Assembly: GCF_009914755.1 (NCBI RefSeq)
Contig: NC_060933.1
Strand: one strand, 5' to 3'
Length of the DNA stretch: 64,000 nt
Source of the DNA: the human T2T-CHM13v2.0 reference genome, Homo sapiens
Below the pieces are notes generated by a model. The model was not told the DNA's origin and made no database searches. It was given only the letters and a program-made list of their open reading frames with translations. Position 1 is the first letter of the stretch. Each line of letters starts with the position of its first letter. The position numbers were made by a program, and so were the translations under genes. Positions 54,750 through 64,000 of the stretch are shown here, piece by piece.

Positions 54750-57700
54750 TCCATTGTACTCGGGTTGATTCCATTCCATTGCATTCCATTCCATTCCATT
54801 CCATTCCATTCCATTCCATTCCGTTCCATTCCATTCCATTACATTCGGATTGATTCTTTTCAACTCCCTTACTCTCCATTACATTCCATTCCATTCGGGT
54901 TGTTCCATTCCATTCCATTCCATTCGACTCCATTCCATTGCACTCGGGTTGATTCCACTCCATTCCATTCCATTCCATTCCGGATGATTCCATTCCATTG
55001 CATTCCGTTCCATTCCATTCCCCTGCACTCGGGTTGATTCCATTCCATTCCATTCCATTCCATTCCATTCCATTCCATTCGTTTCCATTCCAGTCTTTTC
55101 CATTCCATTCCACTCGGGTTGATTCCATTCTATTAGTTTCCATTCCATTCCATTCCCTTCCATTCCACTCTGGTTGATTCCATTCCTTTCCATTCCACTC
55201 GAATACATTCCCTGCTATTCCACTCGGAACGGTTCCATTCCATTCCATTCCATTCCATTCCATTCCATTTCGTTCCATTCCATTCTGTTCCGTATCATTC
55301 CATTCCATTCCATTCCATTCCATTCCATTCCATTCCATTCCACTCGTGTTGATTCCATTCCTTTCCATTCCATTCGGTTTGAAGGCATTCCATTCCATTC
55401 CATTCCATTCCTTTCCATTCCATTCCATTGTACTCGGGTTGATTCCATTCCATTGCATTCCATTCCATGCCATTCCATTCCATTCCATTCCATTCCATTC
55501 CGTTCCATTCCATTCCATTACATTCGGGTTGATTCTATTCAACTCCCTTACTCTCCATTACATTCCATTCCATTCGGGTTGTTCCATTCCATTCCATTCC
55601 ATTCCACTCCATTCCATTGCACTCGGGTTGATTCCATTCCATTCCATTCCATTCCATTCCATTCCGGATGATTCCATTCCATTGCATTCCGTTCCATTCC
55701 ATTCCCCTGCACTCGCGTTGATTCCATTCCATTCCATTCCATTCCATTCAATTCCATTCCATTACAATTCGTTCCATTCCATTCTATTCCGTACCATTCC
55801 ATTCCATTCCATAACATTCCATTCCATTCCATTCCATTCCATTCCATTCCATTCCGTTCCATTCCGTTCCATTCCTTTCCATTCCATTCTATTCGGGTTA
55901 ATTCCATTCCATTCCATTCCATTCCATTCCATTCCATTCCATTCCATTCCATTCTATTCCATTCCATTGCAATCGAGTTGAATCAATTGCATTTCATTCC
56001 ATTCCATTCCATTCCATTCCATTCCGGAAGATTCCATTCCATTGCATTCCATTCCATTCCATTCCCCTGCACTCGCGTTGATTCCATTCCATTCCATTCC
56101 ATTCCATTCCATCCATTCCATTCCGTTTCGTTCCATTCCATTCCATTCCATTCCGTTCCGTTCCATTCCATTCCATTCCATTCTATTCGGGTTAATTCCA
56201 TTCCATTCCATTCGATTGCAATCGAGTTGATTCCATTCCATTCCACTCCATTCCATTCCATTCCATTCCATTCCTTTCCATTCCATTACGGATGATTCCA
56301 TTCCATTGCATTCCATTCCATACCATTCCCCTGTACTCGGGTTGATTCCATTCCATTCCATTCCAATCCATGCCATTCCACTCGTGTTGATTCCATTCTT
56401 TCCATTCCATTCAAGTTGAATCCATTCCATTGCATTCCATTCCATTCCATTCCCCTGCAGTCGGGTTGTTTCCATTCCATTCCATTCCATTCCATTCCGT
56501 TCCGTTCCATTCCATTCCATTCCATTACATTCTATTCGGGTTAATTCCATTCCATTCCATTCCATTCCATTCCATTCCATTCCATTCCAATCGAGTTGAT
56601 TCCATTCCATTCCATTCCATTCCATTCCATTCCATTCCACTCCATTCCAGTCCTTTCCATTCCATTCCACTCGGGTTGATTCCAATGTATTCCATTCCAT
56701 TCCATTCCATTCCATTCCATTACAATCGAGTTGATTCCATTCCATTCCATTCCATTCCAGTCCTTTCCATTCCATTCCTCTCGGGTTGATTCCATTCTAT
56801 TAGTTTCCATTCCATTCCATTCCCTTCCATTCCACTCTGGTTGATTCCATTCCTTTCCATTCCACTCGAATACATTCCCTCCTATTCCACTCGGAACGAT
56901 TCCATTCCATTCCATTCCATTCCATTCCATTCCATTCCATTCCATTCCATTGTACTCGGGTTGATTCAATTCCATTGCATTCCATTCCATTCCATTCCAT
57001 TCCATTCCATTCCGTTGCATTCCATTCCATTACATTCGGATTGATTCTATTCAACTACCTTACTCTCCATTACATTCCATTCCATTCGGGTTGTTCCATT
57101 CCATTCCATTCCATTCCACTCCATTCCATTGCACTCGGGTTGATTCCATTCCATTCCATTCCATTCCATTCCATTCCATTCCATTCCGGATGATTCCATT
57201 CCATTGCATTCCGTTCCATTACATTCCCCTGCACTCGCGTTGATTCCATTCCATTCCATTCAATTCCATTCCATTACAATTCGTTCCATTCCATTCTATT
57301 CCGTACCATTCCATTCCATTCCATACCATTCCATTCCATTCCATTCCATTCCATTCCGTTCCATTCCGTTCCATTCCATTCCATTCCATTCTCTTCGAAT
57401 TAATTCCATTCCATTCCATTCCATTCCATTCTATTCCATTCCATTGCAATCGAGTTGAATCCATTGCATTTCATTCCATTCCATTCCATTCCATTCCATT
57501 CCGGAAGATTCCATTCCATTGCATTCCATTCCATTCCATTCCCCTGCACTCGCGTTGATTCCATTCCATTCCATTCCATTCCATTCCATTCCATTCCGTT
57601 CCGTTCCGTTCCGTTCCATTCCATTCCATTCCATTCCGTTCCGTTCCGTTCCATTCCATTCCATTCCATTCTATTCCGGTTAATTCCATTCCATTCCATT

Positions 57701-60700
57701 CGATTGCAGTCGAGTTGATTCCATTCCATTCCATTCCATTCCATTCCATTCCATTCCATTCCATTCCAATCGAGTTGATTCCATTCCATTCCATTCCATT
57801 CCATTCCATTCGACTCCATTCCAGTCCTTTCCATTCCATTCCACTCGGGTTGATTCCAATTTATTCCTTTCCATTCCAGTCCATTCCATTGCAATCGAGT
57901 TGATTCCATTGCTTTGCATTCCATTCCATTCCATTCCATTCCGGATGAGTCCTTTCCATTGCATTGCATTCCATTCCATTCCCCTGCACTCGGGTTGATT
58001 CCATTCCATTCCACTCCATTCCGTTCCATTCCATTCCATTCCATTGTATTCGGGTTAATTCCATTCCATTCCATTCCATTCCATTCCATTCCATTACAAT
58101 CGAGTTGATTCCATTCCATTCCATTCCATTCCAGTCCTTTCCATTCCATTCCACTCGGGTTGATTCCATTCTATTAGTTTCCATTCCATTCCATTCCCTT
58201 CCATTCCACTCTGGTTGATACCATTCCTTTCCATTCCACTCGAATACATTCCCTCGTATTCCACTCGGAACGATTCCATTCCATTCCATTCCATTCCATT
58301 CCATTCCATTCCATTCCATTTCGTTCCATTCCATTCTATTCCGTATCATTCCATTCCATTCCATTCGATTCCATTCCATTCCATTCCATTCCATTCCATT
58401 CCATTCCATTGTACTCAGGTTGATTCAATTCCATTGCATTCCATTCCATTCCATTCCATTCCATTCCATTCCGTTGCATTCCATTCCATTACATTCGGAT
58501 TGATTCTATTCACCTCCCTTACTCTCCATTACATTCCATTCCATTCGGGTTGTTCCATGCCATTCCATTCCATTCCACTCCATTCCATTGCACTCGGGTT
58601 GTTCCATTCCATTCCATTCCATTCCATTCCATTCCATTCCGGATGATTCCATTCCATTGCATTCCGTTCCATTACATTCCCCTGCACTCGCTTTGATTCC
58701 ATTCCATTCCATTCCATTCCATTCAATTCCATTCCATTACAATTCGTTCCATTCTATTCTATTCCGTACCATTCCATTCCATTCCATGCCATTCCATTCC
58801 TTTCCATTCCATTCCATTCCGTTCCATTCCGTTCCATTCCATTCCATTCCATTCTATTCGGATTAATTCCATTCCATTCCATTCCATTCCATTCCATTCT
58901 ATTCCATTCCATTGCAATCGAGTTGAATCCATTGCATTTCATTCCATTCCATTCCATTCCATTCCATTCCGGAAGTTTCCATTCCATTGCATTCCATTCC
59001 ATTCCATTCCCCTGCACTCGCGTTGATTCCATTCCATTCCATTCCATTCCGTTCCGTTCCATTCCATTCCATTCCATTCCGTTCCGTTCCATTCCATTCC
59101 ATTCCATTCTATTCGGGTTAATTCCATTCCATTCCGTTCGATTGCAATCGAGTTGATTCCATTCCATTCCATTCCATTCCATTCCATTCCATTCCATTCC
59201 ATTCCTTTCCATTCCATTACGGATGATTCCATTCCATTGCATTCCATTCCATTCCATTCCCCTGTACTCGGGTTTATTCCATTCCATTCCATTCCAATCC
59301 ATGCCATTCCACTCGTGTTGATTCCATTCTTTCCATTCCATTCAAGTTGAATCCATTCCATTGCATTCCATTCAATTTGATTCCATTCGATTGCACTCGG
59401 GTTGATTCCATTCCATTGCATTCCATTCCATTCCATTCCATTCCATTCCATTCCATTCCATTCCGTTCCATTCCATTCCATTACATTCGGATTGATTCTA
59501 TTCAATTCCCTTACACTGCATTACATTCCATTCCATTCGGGTAGTTTCCATTCCATTCCATTCCATTCCCCTCCATTCCATTGCACTCGGGTTGATTCCA
59601 TTCCATTGCATTCCATTCCATTCCATTCAATTCCATTCCGTTCCATTCAATTCCATTACATTCGGATTGATTCTATTCAACTCCCTTACTCTCCATTCCA
59701 TTCCATTCCATTCGGGTTGTTCCATTCCATTCCATTCCATTCCACTCCATTCCATTGCACTCGGGTTGATTCCATTCCATTCCATTCCATTCCATTCCAT
59801 TCCATTCCATTCCATTCCATTACAATCGAGTTGATTCCTTTCCATTCCATTCCATTCCAGTCCTTTCCATTCCATTCCACTCGTGTTGATTCCATTCTAT
59901 TAGTTTCCATTCCATTCCATTCCCTTCCATTCCACTCTGGTTGATTCCATTCCTTTCCATTCCACTCGAATACATTCCCTCCTATTCCACTTGGAACGAT
60001 TCCATTCCATTCCATTCCATTCCATTCCATTCCATTCCATTCCATTTCGTTCCATTCCATTTTATTCCGTATGATTCCATTCCATTCCATTCCATTCAAT
60101 TCCATTCCATTCCATTCCATTGTACTCGGGTTGATTCCATTCCATTCCATTCCATTCCATTCCATTCCATTCCATTCCATTCCGTTCCATTCCATTACAT
60201 TCGGATTGATTCTTTTCAACTCCCTTACTCTCCATTACATTCCATTCCATTCGGATTGTTCCATTCCATTCCATTCCATTCCACTCCATTCCATTGCACT
60301 CGGGTTGATTCCATTCCATTCCATTGCATTCCATTCCGGATGATTCCATTCCATTGCATTCTGTTCCATTACATTCCCCTGCAATCGGGTTGATTCCATT
60401 CCATTCCATTCCATTCCATTCGATTCCATTCCATTCCCCTGAACTCGCGTTGATTCCATTCCATTCCATTCCATTCCATTCCATTCCATTCCATTCCATT
60501 CCTTTCCATTCCAGTCCTTTCCATTCCATTCCACTCGCGTTGATTCCATTCTATTAGTTTCCATTCCATTCCATTCCCTTCCATTCCACTCTGGTTGATT
60601 CCATTCCTTTCCATTCCACTCGAATACATTCCCTCCTGTTCCACTCGGAACGATTCCATTCCATTCCATTCCATTCCATTCCATTCCATTCCATTCCATT

Positions 60701-63700
60701 TCGTTCCATTCCATTCTATTCCGTATCATTCCATTCCATTCCTTTCCATTCCATTCCACTCGTGTTGATTTCATTCCTTTCCATTCCATTCGGTTTGAAG
60801 GCATTCCATTCCATTCCATTCCATTCGATTCCATTCCATTCCAGTCCATTCCATACCATTGTACTCGGGTTGATTCCATTCCATTGCATTCCATTCCATT
60901 CCATTCCATTCCATTCCGTTGCATTCCATTCCATTACATTCGGATTGATTCTATTCAACTCCCTTACTCTCCATTACATTCCATTCCATTCGGGTTGTTC
61001 CATTCCATTCCATTCCATTCCACTCCATTCCATTGCACTCGGATTCATTCCATTCCATTCCATTCCATTCCGGATGATTCCATTCCATTGCATTCCGTTC
61101 CATTACATTCCCCTGCACTCGGGTTGATTCCATTCCATTCCATTCCTTTCCATTCGATTCCATTCCATTCCAATTCTTTCCATTCCATTCTATTCCGTAC
61201 CATTCCATTCCATTCCATACAATTCCATTCCATTCCATTCCACTCCGTTCCATTCCGTTCCGTTCCGTTCCGTTCCATTCCATTCCATTCCATTCTATTC
61301 GGTTTAATTCCATTCCATTCCATTCCATTCCATTACATTCTATTCCATTCCATTGCAATCGAGTTGAATCCATTGCATTCCATTCCATTCCATTCCATTC
61401 CATTCCGGAAGATTCCATTCCATTGCATTCCATTCCATTCCATTCCATTCCATTCCATTCCATTCCATTCCATTCCATTGTACTCGGGTTGATTCCATTC
61501 CATTGCATTCCATTCCATTCCATTCCATTCCATTCCATTCCGTTCCATTCCATTCCATTACATTCGGATTGATTCTTTTCAACTCCCTTACTCTCCATTA
61601 CATTCCATTCCATTCGGGTTGTTCCATTCCATTCCATTCCATTCGACTCCATTCCATTGCACTCGGGTTGATTCCACTCCATTCCATTCCATTCCATTCC
61701 GGATGATTCCATTCCATTGCATTCCGTTGCATTCCATTCCCCTGCACTCGGGTTGATTCCATTCCATTCCATTCCATTCCATTCCATTCCATTCCATTCC
61801 ATTCCATTCGTTTCCATTCCAGTCTTTTCCATTCCATTCCACTCGGGTTGATTCCATTCTATTAGTTTCCATTCCATTCCATTCCCTTCCATTCCACTCT
61901 GGTTGATTCCATTCCTTTCCATTCCACTCGAATACATTCCCTGCTATTCCACTCGGAACGGTTCCATTCCATTCCATTCCATTCCATTCCATTCCATTTC
62001 GTTCCATTCCATTCTGTTCCGTATCATTCCATTCCATTCCATTCCATTCCATTCCATTCCATTCCATTCCACTCGTGTTGATTCCATTCCTTTCCATTCC
62101 ATTCGGTTTGAAGGCATTCCATTCCATTCCATTCCATTCCTTTCCATTCCATTCCATTGTACTCGGGTTGATTCCATTCCATTGCATTCCATTCCATGCC
62201 ATTCCATTCCATTCCATTCCATTCCATTCCGTTCCATTCCATTCCATTACATTCGGGTTGATTCTATTCAACTCCCTTACTCTCCATTACATTCCATTCC
62301 ATTCGGGTTGTTCCATTCCATTCCATTCCATTCCACTCCATTCCATTGCACTCGGGTTGATTCCATTCCATTCCATTCCATTCCATTCCATTCCGGATGA
62401 TTCCATTCCATTGCATTCCGTTCCATTCCATTCCCCTGCACTCGCGTTGATTCCATTCCATTCCATTCCATTCCATTCAATTCCATTCCATTACAATTCG
62501 TTCCATTCCATTCTATTCCGTACCATTCCATTCCATTCCATAACATTCCATTCCATTCCATTCCATTCCATTCCATTCCATTCCGTTCCATTCCGTTCCA
62601 TTCCTTTCCATTCCATTCTATTCGGGTTAATTCCATTCCATTCCATTCCATTCCATTCCATTCCATTCCATTCCATTCCATTCCATTCTATTCCATTCCA
62701 TTGAAATCGAGTTGAATCAATTGCATTTCATTCCATTCCATTCCATTCCATTCCATTCCGGAAGATTCCATTCCATTGCATTCCATTCCATTCCATTCCC
62801 CTGCACTCGCGTTGATTCCATTCCATTCCATTCCATTCCATTCCATCCATTCCATTCCGTTTCGTTCCATTCCATTCCATTCCATTCCATTCCGTTCCGT
62901 TCCATTCCATTCCATTCCATTCTATGCGGGTTAATTCCATTCCATTCCATTCGATTGCAATCGAGTTGATTCCATTCCATTCCACTCCATTCCATTCCAT
63001 TCCATTCCATTCCTTTCCATTCCATTACGGATGATTCCATTCCATTGCATTCCATTCCATACCATTCCCCTGTACTCGGGTTGATTCCATTCCATTCCAT
63101 TCCAATCCATGCCATTCCACTCGTGTTGATTCCATTCTTTCCATTCCATTCAAGTTGAATCCATTCCATTGCATTCCATTCCATTCCATTCCCCTGCAGT
63201 CGGGTTGTTTCCATTCCATTCCATTCCATTCCATTCCGTTCCGTTCCATTCCATTCCATTCCATTACATTCTATTCGGGTTAATTCCATTCCATTCCATT
63301 CCATTCCATTCCATTCCATTCCTTTCCATTCCAATCGAGTTGATTCCATTCCATTCCATTCCATTCCATTCCATTCCACTCCATTCCAGTCCTTTCCATT
63401 CCATTCCACTCGGGTTGATTCCAATGTATTCCATTCCATTCCATTCCATTCCATTCCATTCCATTCCATTACAATCGAGTTGATTCCATTCCATTCCATT
63501 CCATTCCAGTCCTTTCCATTCCATTCCTCTCGGGTTGATTCCATTCTATTAGTTTCCATTCCATTCCATTCCCTTCCATTCCACTCTGGTTGATTCCATT
63601 CCTTTCCATTCCACTCGAATACATTCCCTCCTATTCCACTCGGAACGATTCCATTCCATTCCATTCCATTCCATTCCATTCCATTCCATTCCATTCCATT

Positions 63701-64000
63701 GTACTCGGGTTGATTCAATTCCATTGCATTCCATTCCATTCCATTCCATTCCATTCCATTCCGTTGCATTCCATTCCATTACATTCGGATTGATTCTATT
63801 CAACTACCTTACTCTCCATTACATTCCATTCCATTCGGGTTGTTCCATTCCATTCCATTCCATTCCACTCCATTCCATTGCACTCGGGTTGATTCCATTC
63901 CATTCCATTCCATTCCATTCCATTCCATTCCATTCCGGATGATTCCATTCCATTGCATTCCGTTCCATTACATTCCCCTGCACTCGCGTTGATTCCATTC
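54750..64000 (-). repeat. Higher-order duplication, ~6.7 kb offset (~54750-57250 vs ~61480-64000, second copy truncated by the window end)
   Basis: Private variants ATTCGACTCC (54922/61641), CTGCTATTCCACTCGGAACGGTTCC (55212/61941), AATCAATTGC (55981/62715) and CAACTACCTT (57052/63801). Confidence 0.9.

Larger units (their letters stand above)
26812..64000 (-). repeat. Satellite III (HSat3-type) array, right arm, inverted ((ATTCC)n on + strand)
   Basis: Continuous ATTCC pentamers carrying reverse complements of the same variant words (ACTCGGGTTG, AATCGAGTTG, ATTCGGGTTA, CCGGATG, CCGGAAG); runs off the window end. Confidence 0.97.

Noticed and set aside
48-63942. Hundreds of ORFs (MEWNG- and IPFHS-repeat proteins) in all six frames
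   Set aside because: (GGAAT)n has no stop codon in any frame on either strand. The ORFs overlap in all frames, are low-complexity, and show no domain, splice or promoter context, so they are not called as CDS.
1-64000. Repeat-spacer appearance suggestive of a CRISPR array or a coding repeat system
   Set aside because: The interruptions are a small recurring vocabulary of pentamer variants, not unique spacers. There is no constant-length repeat and no cas or other gene.
1-64000. Transposon (Alu/L1), alpha-satellite, HSat2 or telomeric insertions, including at the breakpoint
   Set aside because: I see no poly-A tail, target-site duplication, 171-bp alphoid sequence, HSat2-type CATTCGATTC-dominated pattern or TTAGGG array. 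The breakpoint has no inserted bases.
1-64000. Assignment to a specific chromosome or subfamily (e.g. the chr9 HSat3 array, known for strand switches) or to human versus another great ape
   Set aside because: Plausible but not supportable by eye. It needs subfamily-specific k-mer classification or mapping to T2T assemblies.

Overview
The whole 64 kb is classical primate satellite III (human HSat3-type) DNA. It is a diverged (GGAAT)n pentamer array interrupted by recurring variant words such as CAACCCGAGT, CAACTCGATT, TAACCCGAAT, CATCCGGAAT/CTTCCGGAAT and GTAAGGGA(A/G)TTGAATAGAATCAATCCGAAT. I see no gene, RNA gene, transposon or unique sequence. All listed ORFs are translations of the stop-free pentamer (MEWNG / IPFHS). 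The main structural event is one clean strand switch at about 26,810: GGAAT lies on + to the left and on - to the right. The two arms are joined with no insert through a 5-bp microhomology (CGAGT) in a 12-bp-stem quasi-palindrome. Within the arms there are nested duplications (about 2.8, 5.3, 6.4, 6.7, 9.6, 17 and 24.5 kb offsets) and regionally confined diagnostic variants. There is also a module pair with a near-invariant 175-bp spacing and a recurrent variant that forms a perfect three-unit heat-shock element. Species, chromosome and HSat3 subfamily cannot be fixed by eye. Offsets were read manually from marker words and are approximate.
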